NCBI RefSeq assembly: GCF_018977255.1
Contig: NW_024705392.1
Span: 1-48,995 of the forward strand
Direction of reading: 5' to 3'
From: Callorhinchus milii
Taxonomy: Eukaryota
DNA length: 48,995 nucleotides
Shown: positions 1-12,115 of the stretch, in pieces
How the letters are laid out: each line of letters opens with the position of its first letter
Numbering within the stretch: position 1 is the first letter of the stretch
The notes under the pieces: generated by a model
Database searches by the model: none
Seen by the model: only the letters and a program-made list of their open reading frames with translations
Told to the model about the DNA's origin: nothing
Made by a program: the position numbers and the translations under genes

Positions 1-640
1 ACGCTCCTTATGCTCTCCCCACCCTGTGCTCACGCTCCTTTTGCTCTCCCCACCCTGTGCTCACCCCAAACCCTGTGTTCACGCTTCCCTGTGCTCTGCC
101 CCAAACCTGTACTCACCCCCACCCCTGTGCTCAACTCCCTGTACTCTGCCCCAGTGCGCACCCAACTGTGTTGAACACCCTCTGTTCCACAGTTTGCTCC
201 ACCACTGTGCCCCCGCTTCTGCACCCCTCCTTTTCAACCAACATTTTACCCTCCTCTGCTCCTCCCTTTCCACTGTCCTCAAGCCACTTTATTGTCTCCT
301 TTGGCCCCCCTACCCATGCTCCCCCCACTGTGCTCACCCGTCCCCGTGTGCTCAACCCCACTGTGCTCACCCCCACTGTGCTCATTCACCCGTTTTAAAC
401 CTCCTGTGCCTCGCTGTGGTGACCCCACCTGTGCTCAACCCACCTGTGCTCAACCGCTTTTTTTCGATGCCCCTTGACTCACACCCCTCCCCCTCGGGCT
501 CACCCACTCTGTGCCAACACGTACTCAGCCCCTGTGATCACCAACCCTACCCTCACCTCCACTGTGCTCTTCCCACTGTGTTCCCCCAGTGCTCACACCC
601 TTATGTTACCCCCAGAGCTCAACCCTCCCGTGTTCAACGC
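1..640. repeat. Degenerate CCCCTGTGCTCA-type minisatellite (continues as ~46090-47880 in the right arm)
   Basis: Recurrent ctgtgctca(a/c)cccc units; G-rich gggggaggggctgagcacag units at 47400-47880. Confidence 0.8.
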
Positions 641-937
641 CCCATTTGAGCCCCTCCACCAGTTGCTCCCTTCCATGCTCCCCCGAACCCTCACCGTAGT
701 CACCCCACAACACCCTCTCCGAGACCGAGGTAATGATAAGAGGCAGACAGAGTTACATGAGCAGATGACTCTGCCATCATAGGAGTGTAACCAGGCCCAT
801 TGGCATCCCTACCTCCCACCCTCCCTGGTTAAAAAAAAACTGACAGATTGTGAGATGCAAACTTGATCAGAGTTTCTCAAACTGTGTTTTACCCAAAACA
901 TGTGAAGCAAAAAATAATCAGAGAATGAATTATTTAC

Positions 938-1264
938 CTGAGCAGATGACACCGGCATCAAAGGAGTGTGACAACCAGTAATAGGGACCCCAGTTCCCTG
1001 GACAATCCCTCAGAGCAGACTCACTTCCTCTGCACCGTACATCATACACCACAACGGGACTTGAGCCTTTCCCAAACTGAGCCACTGGTGCCGACAGCGC
1101 TGCTCCACAGCCCAACTCCTTACACACCACAGCCGCGTCCTTCATATCCCAACCATGGTCCTCAGAGCCATAACCATACACTGTGTACCACTGTTCTCCA
1201 TAGTACACCTCCACTCTCCCGGCACACGGGCTGTCGCCATTCACCAGCCGCACACTCACACTCA
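938..1264 (-). CDS. SRCR-Ig receptor copy A, single-exon SRCR domain (group B-type, lacking the C2/C7 pair)
   Basis: VRLVNGDSPCAGRVEVYYGEQW...[21 protein letters not shown]...VRCRGSESALRDCP...SHSFDAGVICS. Acceptor ttttacag, donor G|gtaaat, 327 nt, phase 1-1, no stops. Downstream exons lie outside the window. Confidence 0.95.
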
Positions 1265-1549
1265 CTGTAAAACATCACACACAGTGTTAGGATCTGTTAC
1301 CCGTTTGACTTCCAGTCACACAGGATATTACCATACAATGTACATGTACAGAGCGTCTGTCACAGTGGGAGGGTATCTGGGGGGTAAGCAATAAAACGTC
1401 AATGGTAATAACAGTAACAGTTTAACAATAATAATCGTTGCATTTGATATAGCGATTTTCACGTCTTCTTGACGTCCCAAAGCGCTTCACAGATGTTTAT
1501 TACACAACTACCTTTATCCGTCACAGCTACGTATGCAAACAAAGGATAG

Positions 1550-1760
1550 TGTTATTATACTTCATATTATATTATCTTACTTCATTATATCATTATATTT
1601 TATATCATTACACTGTATATTATTATATTTTGTCTTAGATTATTATACTACATTATATTTTATATTATTAATCTTTATACTAGATTATTGTAGTTCAAAT
1701 TACAATATTATATTTTATGTTATCATACTTTACATCAAATTATTGTAAATTATATAACGA
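1550..1760. repeat. AT-rich low-complexity (ATT/ATATT) tract (partner ~44640-44840)
   Basis: Direct inspection. Confidence 0.75.
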
Positions 1761-2279
1761 TACGAGAATATTCCCATTGTTTTTTACTTTGTTACAGAAA
1801 ATATTAGTACATATGTATCTCTCTATAATGTTGTTGTATTGTCTCTGTCACAACCATGTTGCAATCATCATTACTGCAGCTAAATTAATAAATTTTATTA
1901 AATACAGCTCATAACCGATAGGAGATTCCGGAATCTGTGCCCTTGATTTTAACGCATAAAAGATATTACTGTTGAGGTATAAAGCATCTCTGTAGATCAA
2001 TCGGTTACTGCGCATTGCCAGATACACAGATAGAGACCCAGATATTGTCCTTTTATCAGCATATTAATAGCTCAGGTTTGTGTCAGGGCCAAGTTACACA
2101 GCGTATCCACAAACAGAGAGAGTTAGACACTAAACACGGGAACACGATACTGTCCGCAGACTCACAGCTCAGGGCTACGCTCTCCAGGGCGGGTGGGGTT
2201 TGGGGTAAAAAGAATTCTGCGTCACAAAAAACAGGACCCCCGGCACAGAAACCCTCCCAGCGCATAGGGTAAAGACCAT

Positions 2280-3340
2280 CCCTCCAGAGCACAACCTCCA
2301 CCCCAGTGCACAGACCCCACCCACAAGGCACAGCCACATCCCCTAGTGCACACACACCACTCCACAAGCCCCCTCACCCTTCACCCGTCCCCACCACATA
2401 TCAATCCCTCCAAGGCACAGCCCTACAAAGGCACAGTTCACCCCAGACACAGCCTCCACACACCCCAAGGCACAAACCCTCAGGGCAAAGTCAAGCACAC
2501 GCATCCGTGACCCCCACCCCCCCAACAAGGCACAGCTCATCACTGGCCACAGCCCCATCCACCAGTGCCCAACTCCCTCCTCCCCCAGGTACAACCGAAC
2601 TCAAACACAGACAACTCCAGGTCACAGACCACCCCCGTAACATTGTACAGCAGCCCCCCATGGGGCATAGGCCAAAATCTCCAGGCACAGCCACCACAGA
2701 TAACACACCCAGCGCTCAGCCCCCCCCGCAGGGACCCTCCACCCAGACCCAGCTTCACACAGGCACAGACTGTCCAAGGCACAGCCCCCTCCCCAACCTC
2801 CCAACCCGGCACGGACCCTCCGCACAAGGGCAGCCCCCTCCCTCAGGGCACAGTCCCTCCTGATTTGCAGCCCCGCCCAGGCACAGCACCTCACAAGGGC
2901 ACAACCCCCACAGGGTCTAATACCTATCCCCATGGCATACTGCCTTACCCCAGGGCACTGCGCTACCCAGGCACAAGCCCTCCACCACCCAAGGCACAGC
3001 GCACCAAAGGCATAGACCACACCCAGCCCCCCACATGGCAAGCCCCACCAGGCAAAGCCCCTCCCACAAGACACAACTACTGCCCCAATGCGCAGACCTC
3101 ACCCAAGGCCCAGCCCCTCCCAAGGCGCAGACCCACCCCCAGACACATCTCCCCACTGAACGTACAGCAAACTAGAGCACAGATACACTCCCAGGGCACA
3201 GCTCCTCCCCATGGCCCACCCGTCCCCAGGCACAGCGCCTGCCCATGCACAGCCCTTTTCTAGGGCATAGGCACTCCCACATCCCCCCCACACCCCCCAC
3301 CCCCCCAAACACGCACACGCACAACCCGGCATAGCCCCAT
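2280..3340. repeat. Degenerate GGCACAGCCCC-type C-rich repeat in the intron (partner ~43000-44130)
   Basis: Many (a/g)ggcacag(c/a)ccc motifs; source of spurious Pro/His-rich ORFs. Confidence 0.7.
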
Positions 3341-3895
3341 TCAGAGCATAGCTTTAATCACTAACAAAAAGCGGGCGAGCCATGACCGCAGCCTCCAAAG
3401 ACCCCACGTCCCCCCTGAGGTTGCCCACAACCCTCCCAGGTGACACCTTATCAAATACCTTCTGTAAACCCAGACACACAACAGCCACAGCAACAGGAAC
3501 CTGTGTTTACACAGCGCCACTCACACAGGATTGCGTCTCAGAGCCCTACAGAGGCGCAGCATGAATCCAAGCCGCGGGTTTGAGGAGGCGACCTGAGGCA
3601 CTGTTGAACAGGAAGGTCTTCTGCTTCTGCAGATGGAAAAAGACGGTGACAAAGAGTGATAGAGGAAGAGTGTTTCAGGGTTTCGGGCTGTCGTGGCCAA
3701 ATGCGTGGTCACCAATGGTGGAACAGAGGGCACGAGGGACAAGGGTATGGTTAGAACCAGACTGTTAATGTGGCCTGTGGATTGTGTGATGGTTTCTCTT
3801 CCTGTTCCCCCGATGGAGCTGAAGAGAGGCCGAGTCCCACCCTCAGCAACTAATGTTCCCACAGCAGCTTTTGGCTGTGGGACTGCGTCACTGAC

Positions 3896-3931
3896 CTGCA
3901 CATTCCACCGTCTTTTTCTCCAGAAATATCA
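3896..3931 (-). CDS. SRCR-Ig receptor copy A, 36-nt leader mini-exon ((V)IFLEKKTVECA)
   Basis: Minus strand: ttttttttttctcgtgcag|TGATATTTCTGGAGAAAAAGACGGTGGAATGTGCAG|gtcagt. Exactly 36 nt, phase 1-1; completes the signal peptide MNLFFVFLFVIFLEKKTVECA. Confidence 0.8.
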
Positions 3932-4027
3932 CTGCACGAGAAAAAAAAAACAAGATCAAAGCAGGAATTATTAATACAGTACCTCACACAGTCAATAATC
4001 TGATCCGTCCGGTCTCTCACACCATAA

Positions 4028-4354
4028 ATAATAATAATAATAATACTTGCATTTGATAGAGCGCTTTTCACGTCGGGAGTACGTCCCAAAACGCTTCACT
4101 GATCACGCTGTAAAGTGAACTGAATGTATATTTGTGGGCGAACGTGGCAGCCAATTGAGCACAGCAATGTCCCACAAACAGTCGTAGATGGAAAATGACC
4201 AATTTATTATTGTTTTTGGTTTTTGGAGGGATTATTATTAGGCTCTGTGTGGAGTAAGGAAACTTGCCCAAGGTTTCGCCGTGACCTGCCTGGAATTGTA
4301 CTCAGGTCTCTCACTTGCAAAGCGAGTGCTCTAACCACTGAGCTACAGGACTCC
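4028..4354 (-). mobile_element. Full-length tRNA-derived SINE (Deu-domain-like core, L2-like 3' tail)
   Basis: Reverse complement of GGAGTCCTGTAGCTCAGTGGTTAGAGCACTCGCT...TGTGGGACATTGCTGTG...AATTGGCTGCC...GCGCTCTATCAAATGCAAG(TAT)n. Shared with the right arm (41987-42314). Confidence 0.9.
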
Positions 4355-4759
4355 ATAATGGTCAGTCCTTAACGGGCAGCCATTTTGGTCATCACCAAAA
4401 AGGGCCCCAGTAGGTGAGAGAGCACCAGCACAGACACGATGGAGAGAGAGAGAGAGGAGAGGGAATGGGAATAGAGTAGAGAGCTCGAGTGTTGGGGGTG
4501 GGTATAGAGTAGAGAGCTCCAGTGTTGGGGAAGGGTGGTGGGGGGAGGGTGAGGGTGTGGTGGTGGGGTTGAGCCCCAGCGCAGACACGATAGGGAGAGG
4601 AGGAGAATTGGGACTGACCACAAACCTATTTCACACACACACACACACCGATAGGCTGAACAGACATTTTCTGCCCAGGGATTGCTTGTGTTTGTGTTTC
4701 TGATTCGCTTCTCAAAGAAGATGAGGTTTGGTGAAGGATCAGAAACTCAACGCCTCTGT

Positions 4760-5400
4760 TCCACTCCCTCCACTCTCCTCCACTCCCTCCCCTGTCCTCT
4801 CTTCTCACCGCTCTAATCTCCTCTCCCCTCTCTCCAGCCTCCTCTCTTCTCCCTGTACTCTCCTCTTCTCCCATCCTTCCTCTCTGCCCCCACTCTGCTC
4901 TCCGCCCCTCTCTCCTCCCCACCCTCTCCTCTCCTATCCATCTACCTATCCTACCCTCTCTCCTCTCCGCTCCTCTCTCCTGTCTGGCTCCCTCTCCTCT
5001 CCTCTCTGCTCTCCCATCTTTCCTCTCCACATCTCTCTCCTCACCAACCCTTGTCTCATCTCCTTCCCTCTCTCCTCTCCTTTCTACACCTCCTTCTCTC
5101 CTCTGCCCTCTCTCTTCTCCTGCCCTCTCTTCTCTCTGCCGCACTCTCCTCCCACACCCCTCCCTCCTCTCATGCCCTGTCGCCACTCCTCATGTCTCCG
5201 CTCTTCCCGGCTCTCCTTCACCCTAAGTTCTCTCCGCCACTCTCTCCTATGCTCTCTCTGCTCTCCTCGCCTCTCTTCTCTCCTCCACTCTCCCCTCTCT
5301 ACTCGCTTCATTCTTCCACCCACCTCTCTCCTCCCCTATCTCCTTCTCTCCCCCCTCACCTCTTCTTCCCTCCCTCCTCTCTTCCCTTCTCTCATCCCAC
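4760..5400. repeat. Polypyrimidine (CT-rich) low-complexity tract (partner ~40870-41500)
   Basis: ctctcct-type degenerate repeat. Confidence 0.85.
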
Positions 5401-5481
5401 AGATGTGAGGGATGAAGGACCGTTGACAGTTGAACAGGACACAAGGGTCATGTTTGTTATTGGGTTACAAATAATACTCAC

Positions 5482-5509
5482 CGAAGAGGAAAACAAAAAA
5501 TAGGTTCAT
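5482..5509 (-). CDS. SRCR-Ig receptor copy A, leader exon 1 (MNLFFVFLF, phase-1 end)
   Basis: Minus strand reads caagATGAACCTATTTTTTGTTTTCCTCTTCG|gtgagt: hydrophobic start, consensus donor, conserved in the other arm. Confidence 0.8.
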
Positions 5510-5710
5510 CTTGAGGATGAGAAGGAGCTCCTGAGTGTCAAAGGCCGGAGGCTTGTGTCTGGAATGTGGGGTCTCCGCAGACTTCGAGATAATCCACACG
5601 GAGAAGATCTCAGGAGCAGCATTTGCCGCGATCCCTTCGCTCTACGATCCCCGAATACCCACTTCGCTGTGACACACATACTCTTAATCTCTCTCGCTCT
5701 CTCCACACTG

Positions 5711-5785
5711 ACCACAGGAAACCAGCACAGTCATGATGTCTCATTGGAATTACAACACCTCTGTCATCACCCCCTCCGCCCACTG
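5711..5785 (-). promoter_or_regulatory. Putative promoter motifs of copy A: overlapping RUNX/ETS site and GC box
   Basis: ACCACAGGAAAC at 5711-5722 (TGTGGT plus GGAA core) and a GGGCGG box on the minus strand near 5776-5781, ~200-270 bp upstream of the ATG. Identical in the other arm. Confidence 0.4.
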
Positions 5786-5954
5786 CTCACCTGCAGTTGT
5801 TGGTTGTTGTTAACACTGTCAGCTCTGATGGGGGGTGGGGATGGGGTGTCTGAGCTGGACAAACAGCGGCAGCTCACCAGCGTCCACAGGGGACAAACTT
5901 CGCGGTTTTAGTAGTTAAATGAAAGCAGTGACACCCAACTCTAGGAAGAATACC

Positions 5955-6500
5955 AAGGCCTTGGAGAGGCTACAGGGGAGATTTACCAAGATATGATACC
6001 AGGGATGTTGGACTACATTTATATGGAGACACAAGAGAAGCTGCGATTATTCTCCTGAGGGCAGAGAAGTTTGAGGGGGGACTTAGTAGTATTCCTTTCA
6101 AAATTATGAGGGATTTTGAAAGAGTAGGAGTAAGAAACTGTTTCCACTGGTTGGTGGGTTGGTAACCAGATGCAAAAAATTAAGTTAATTGGCAAAAGAA
6201 CCAGAGGGGAAAGAATACAAGGAGAACTGTTTTTTACACATGAAGCTTTTAGGACTGGAGCACTTTGCCTGAAAGTGTGGTGAAACATATTCAATAACAA
6301 CTTGCCATAGGGAATTAGACAGGTACTTGGATAGGGAATTGAATGGAGACTTGGGGAGACAGGGGATGGATTGAAGTAATTGAAGTGGAAACATTTGCAA
6401 GGATATGGGGAAAGAATGGGGAAAAGACTGATTGGGCATCACTTCCAAAGAGCTGGCACAGGCACGATGGACCAAACGGCCTCCTTCTGAGCTGTAGTAT
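5955..6500 (+). mobile_element. CR1 LINE 3' fragment (decayed)
   Basis: Degenerate LERVQRRFTRMIPG...RGDL..FKIM coding end and the CR1-type 3' UTR ggaccaaacggcctccttctgagctgta. Confidence 0.8.
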
Positions 6501-6799
6501 TCCAGGATTCTGTAACTCACACACCCCGTGTGGCTCTCGCCAAACTGGAACCACCTGGTCCCAACACACAGACCGTCATACAGACCAGCCCACAAAATAT
6601 ACAGTCAATTCGCTTTACAGTATATCATGCAAAGCGCTTGGAGATGCCTCGAAGATGTGATAAGTCGCTGAATCAAATGCAAGGATTATTATGATTATCA
6701 CCCACAACATCACGCAGTGTGTCCTGGATTCTGGTCTCCCATTAACCTGAGCCTCACCCGGAGCCACTACAATCCCACAGAAACCTCCTCACCTCATCA

Positions 6800-6930
6800 C
6801 TATCACTGACCCTAAACCTGATGCTGACGCTGACACTCTCCCTAAACCCACCCTCACCCTCAACCTAAACCTGACTCTAAGACCCAACCCTGACCCTAAA
6901 CTTGACCCTTTCCCTGAGCCTCACCAGACA
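6800..6930. repeat. Degenerate ACCCTN hexamer repeat
   Basis: accctaaacctgatg...accctcaccctcaacctaaacctgactcta... Confidence 0.6.
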
Positions 6931-7279
6931 CCCCCTCACCTCAGCTGCTATTTTATTTGGTGGAAATTAACAAAATGAGAAAAACTAAAAACAAACGAAA
7001 TGTGAGAAGCTGAAAGAGGAACAAGAGATGAGGTATACGGTTTGAGGTGTGAAAACGGATCTCTGTGGTATCGCTGTGTATAAATATCCTGACACTTCCC
7101 TCATCATATCAGCAGAGCATCTCAACACGCTTTACAGGCTGCACGACAGCAGACAAAACATGCTCGTCTGTCTGTTACTGTGTGTACGACTCACTCTGCC
7201 TTTCTCTTTCTCTCATTCTCTCTCTCACACAAAGTGTGTCCCGTACACTCAGTCTTTCTACTCTACTTGAGCCTCTCAG

Positions 7280-10200
7280 ATGATAAATTGAGGTCCAGTT
7301 TGTGCCGCTTTCAGGACAGATGTTAAAGAAGTCGCTGTTGGGTAAAGAGAAGGGGAGCTTCTCCAGGTGTTAAAGTTCAGACCAGCGCAAGTCAAGCTGT
7401 ATGAAAGAGTTAATATTGGTCATGGTGTCCAATGGCAAAGGCTGATGTGTAGCTGAACCACTGTCATCAACAACAACAACAAGATTACATTTATAGAGCT
7501 CCTTTCACATCAGAAGGATGTGTTTAGCTTAGCAGCGTTACCGGATATAAAGCACAAACACACAAACCTCCCTGCGCAAGGGGTTCAAACATGTAACTGC
7601 AAAAGAAAAAAAATAATTAAACAGAAATACAGAATTTCTTTACCGGAGTTTTGTCTCTATATTTCTCTGGACAGTAAACCCGCTTCCAAAATCCAATCTG
7701 CTTTTCAACAATAATAACAATCCCATTGTATAATAAAATTATAATCCCTGCATCTGATATAGCGCCTCATAATATCTTCAAGACATTCCGGAGAAATATT
7801 GGATGTTTCAGACATTATTCAGAATCAAAGAGTATTTATATCAGAGAACGTGAAGGGAGCAAATGAATGCACAATTATCATCAGAAGAATGAGCAAAACT
7901 AGTCACCAACAGTTTACTTTTCTACGCCATATCCATTCACCAACCAGGACCACTTTATTCCACCTCCGCCACATTGCTCACCTCCATCCATACCTCACAT
8001 CCTCAGCAGCCAAACCACTCATCGACGCCTTCGTCACTTCCCGGCTGGACCGTGCCAATGCCCTCCTCGCTGGTCTCCCCAACTCCACAACACTCAAAAT
8101 TCAATTAATACAAAACTCCGCTGCCCGGTTTTGAATAGTTTTGAAATGGAGAAAGTCTAGAGCTCACATATGGAGAAGGAGAGAGCAGGTGAGAGTTTGT
8201 GAGAAATAGCAGCGTTTAAAACAAAGCAGTTAAAGAAATGTGAGTTTGTCTTTTTTCTCCAGAACATACTTTGAGCTGAGGATAGACATTCCGTTGTTCA
8301 TCTGTATATTTGTACTCATGAGGGATATTTGAACTGTATTGCTCATTACGGGAACTTATAAAATATTAAATATGAGCTGAGCTAAAGGCTGCGATATCGC
8401 TCCTGTAACCATTGTTGAATTAAATATTTGTTTGCAGAATGGTGGTAAATAAAGCATCAGGTGTCCACTATTCAGGTGTACGTGTCCGAGCCTCTGCGTG
8501 GCTTTCAGTAATAAAGAATTAAATGGAGAGGTCCTTCTCATTAAGTCCAGGAGAATTAATATGTTAATCTTCACCAAGACTCTGTCTGATACTCGCGCTC
8601 CTTCCTCTCTGTCAGTGTCCAGAGGGCAATTGTGGTGTCTGTCCGCAAGTCAGACCCAGAACTGGCCAGGAATCTCACTGAATGCAGTGGCTCTTAAAGT
8701 GGGAGCGGCTCTCAAAAGAGCAGAATGTCTTCTGCTCTGTGAGCAATGTGTGGGGACATGTTGTGGCTCTGTATAAGATCACAGAAAGTTGTAAGATTCA
8801 GAGGAAAACAGCTACATTGTGTCCATCGATTTCCGTACGGCTTAGCAACTGAAGTCTTTTGAAGCCCTCATGATGGAAATGTAAGTAATGGCAAAATAGG
8901 GTCACATTTTTGGTTTTATTCAAAATCTTTATTTCCAAACCAGAGAGCGAGGCTGGTTGGTCGAGTGGCATGTTACTCGCTTTGGTTTTGAAATTCAAGG
9001 AAAAGTGAAAGATCCCGAGTTCAATTCCCAGATGAGCCCATCTTGTACTTTACCACAGCCAACAAACCTCCAATATCATTGTTGATTCATTACATGGCTG
9101 TTTGTGGAACGTTGCTGTGCCAAACTCCGCAGACTTTGTTCACTCACAAAATACATAATTACTTCACATTACAGTATATCTTGTGACATGATTTGTGACA
9201 TCCTCCTGACACTAAAGAATCTGTGCCAAAAGCAAGTACTATTGTCCTGATTGGGGAGGCTCGAATGGGTGCCTTCACTGCCCCTCCTGCCCCTCCACAC
9301 AAGCCCTCTCTCTCACTATCTCTCTCTCTCTCTAATACACTGTGTCTCTCACACACTTTCTCAGACTCTGAAATACTGCGTCGCTCACTCTCAGTCTCTC
9401 TATCTCAATCTGTTTCTCTCACACTTTCAGTCTCTCCCCATCTGTTTCTCTCACTTCTCTCTAACACACACTGTGTCTCTCACAATCTCTCTCTCTCTCT
9501 CCCTCTCACTCCCAATCTCTCTCTTTCTCCCTCTCTGTCTCTCACACTCTCTCTCCCTATGAGTCTATCACACTGTCAGTCTCTCTTACAAACTGTGTCT
9601 CTCACAATCTAAGTCTGTCTCGCTCTTCCTCGAGATCCAGTACTGGCCAGGAATCTCACTGATTTCAGTGGCTCTTCAGGTGGTGCTTCGCGCAGTCACT
9701 GCAGATAGTTTGCAGGGATTGGAGACTCCTGGTTTGATGAGGAAGGAACAGGACGGCTTCTGTTCTGTGAGCCATGTGTGGGACGGGTTGTGACGCTGTA
9801 CAAGTTAACAGAATGTTGATTATATTAGATTTTGGCCTGATGTTCATTTTGATGTAGATTCATGTCCTACTGACATGAAAGGCTCTGTGCCAATGATTAT
9901 TATCCTGCTTGTTGGGAACGGGGAGGAGGGTATTCATGGGGTTTCAATGGCTCCAAGTTATTGTTCTGCTTATACACTGCCCCTTTTGCCCCTCCACACA
10001 AAGCCGTAATCTCACCCTCTGTATCTCTCTCGCTCCCACACAGTGTGTCCATCACATTCAGTTTCTCTCTCACACACGGTCTCTCACACTGTCTCTCAGA
10101 CACTATGTCTCCCACATACTCTCTCACAAACTCTCTCACACTCACTGTCTCTCTCACACTCTCTCTCACACTCGTTGACTCTCACACACTCTCTCTCACA

Positions 10201-10632
10201 CTCACTGACTCTCACACACTCTCTCTCACACACTCACATACTATGTCTCTCACAATGTCTCTCACACTGATTCTCTCATACTCTGAGTCGATGTCTCTCC
10301 ATCTGTGTCATTCACACTCAGTCCCTCACACACAATGTCACTCATGATTTCTCTCCCTCTTTGTCACTCTCACTCTGATTTCTCACATTGTCATTCTCTC
10401 TCAAACACTGTGTTTCTCATTGTCTCAGAATCAGGTGACATGATATATTGAGGTCCAGTTTGTTTTGTGTTCAGAACAGTTGTTAAAGATCCCGCGGCAC
10501 CTTAGGGGACAGAGAAAGTGTTTCTCCAGATAATAGAGTCCAGACCACCACAATTCAAGCTGTATGAAAGGGTTAATGTTGGACATGGTGCAAATCGCAA
10601 AGGCTGATGTGTATATGAACCACTGTCATGGT
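7280..10632 (+). pseudogene. Decayed, internally duplicated exon-like blocks of an unidentified gene (partner ~35520-39000, minus strand)
   Basis: 7280-7790 is paralogous to 10440-10890, and 8640-8790 plus 9200-9300 are paralogous to 9630-9810 plus 9860-10000. Candidate splice sites ctctctgtcag| (8614), |gtaagt (8881) and G|gtattt (10631). Protein-like but stop- and frameshift-containing translations. Confidence 0.4.
7920..8130 (+). mobile_element. L2 LINE ORF2 fragment (arm partner ~38125-38335, minus strand)
   Basis: FHLRHIAHLHPYLTSSAAKPLIDAFVTSRLDRANALLAGLPNSTTLKIQLIQNSAAR, a typical L2 post-RT sequence. Confidence 0.85.
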
Positions 10633-10969
10633 ATTTGTTTTGCAACGTTACCGGATATAAAGCACAAACCACACAAAACTCACTGCAAAAAGGGCTCAAA
10701 CATTTAACTGCAACAGGCAGATAAGCAACGAAACCCAACCGCAGAACTTCTGTGGAGGAAATTTGACGTTACATTTCTCTGGAGAGAAACCCACTTTGAA
10801 TCTCCAATCTGCTTTTTAACAACAATAATAATCCTTAGATTTTATATAGCGCCTTATCACGTCTTTTAGATGTCACAAAGCGCATCAGGATATACTGTAT
10901 AATGTAGTGACTATGTTTTATTGGCGAAACACAGCATTATTATTTTACATGAATATTTCTGTGGGACGT

Positions 10970-11834
10970 TGTTTTGTGTGTGTCTGTGTCCCGCCTGGCT
11001 CAGTTTGTATGCGTGTGTCCAGCCTGGATCAGTGTGTGTGTCAGCCTGGCTCAATTTGTGTGTATGTGTCCCGTCTATCTGTGTCTATATTTGTGTGTGT
11101 GTGTGTGTGTCCAGCCTGACTCGGTGTGTGTTTGTGTCCAGCCTGACACAGTGTGTGTGTGTGTTAGCATGTGTCCAGCCTGGCTCAATTTGTGTGTGTG
11201 TGTCCAGTCTATCTGTGTCTATATTTGTGTGTCTGTGTGTGTGTGTGTATGTGTCCAGCCTGACTCGGTGTGTGTTTGTGTTTGTGTGTGTGTGTCAGCC
11301 TGGCTCAGTGTGTGTGTGTGTGTGTGTCCAGCCTGGCTGTGTGCGTGTGTGTGTGTGTCTGTATGTGTGTGTGTCCTGCCTGGTTCCCTGTGTGTGCATG
11401 TGTCCATCCTTGCTCAGTGCGTGTGTGTCCAGCCTGGCTGTGTGTGAGTTTGTGTGTGTGTCCAGCCTGGCTGTGTGTTTGTGTGTGTGTCCAGCCTAAA
11501 TCTCTGTGTGTGTGTGTGTCCAGCCTGACCCAGTGTGTGTGTGTCCAGCCTGGCTGTGTGTTTGTGTGTGTGTCCAGCCTAAATCTCTGTGTGTGTGTGT
11601 GTGTCCAGCCTGACCCAGTGTGTGTGTGTGCAGCCTGTCTGTGTGTGAGTTTGTGTGTGTGTCCAGCCTGGCTGTGTGTGTGTGTGTGTGTGTGTCCAGC
11701 CTGACCCAGTGTGTGTGTGTCCAGCCTGGCTGAGTGTGCATGTACAGCCTGACTCGTTGTGCTTGTCTGCATGTGCCCAGCCTGGCTCCGTGTGTTTGCA
11801 TGTGTCCAGCCTTCTCAGTGTTTGTGTGTCCAGC

Positions 11835-11868
<34 letters not shown>

Positions 11869-12084
11869 TCAGCCTGGCTCAGTGTGTGTGCATGTATGTG
11901 TGTGTGAGCATGTGTCCAGCCTAGTTCATTATGTGTGTCAGCCTTGCTCAGTTTGTGTGTGTGTGTCCAGGCTATCTGTGTGTATATTTTTGTGTGTGTG
12001 TGTGACCAGCCTGACACAGTGTGTGTGTGTGTGTGTGTGTCAGCCTGGTACAGTGTGTTTATGTGTGCGTGTGTCCAGCCTGGC

Positions 12085-12115
<31 letters not shown>

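Noticed and set aside
938..1264. Assigning CD163, DMBT1, WC1 or CALHM6 gene symbols
   Set aside because: The domain architecture (single SRCR then Ig) and the divergence do not support orthology without a phylogeny.
4290..4354. tRNA-like sequences (also 19768, 22434, 24407, 41987, 46651)
   Set aside because: These are SINE heads continuing into the SINE body and tail; no complete cloverleaf or terminator.
5403..5911. Apparent + strand exon after the long polypyrimidine tract (cccacag|ATGTGAGG...)
   Set aside because: Has a stop in the left arm, no recognisable protein, and is better explained as the antisense of the receptor's leader exon and promoter.
6800..6930. Interstitial telomere-like repeat
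   Set aside because: Only degenerate ACCCTN hexamers with no run of perfect CCCTAA; common low-complexity DNA.
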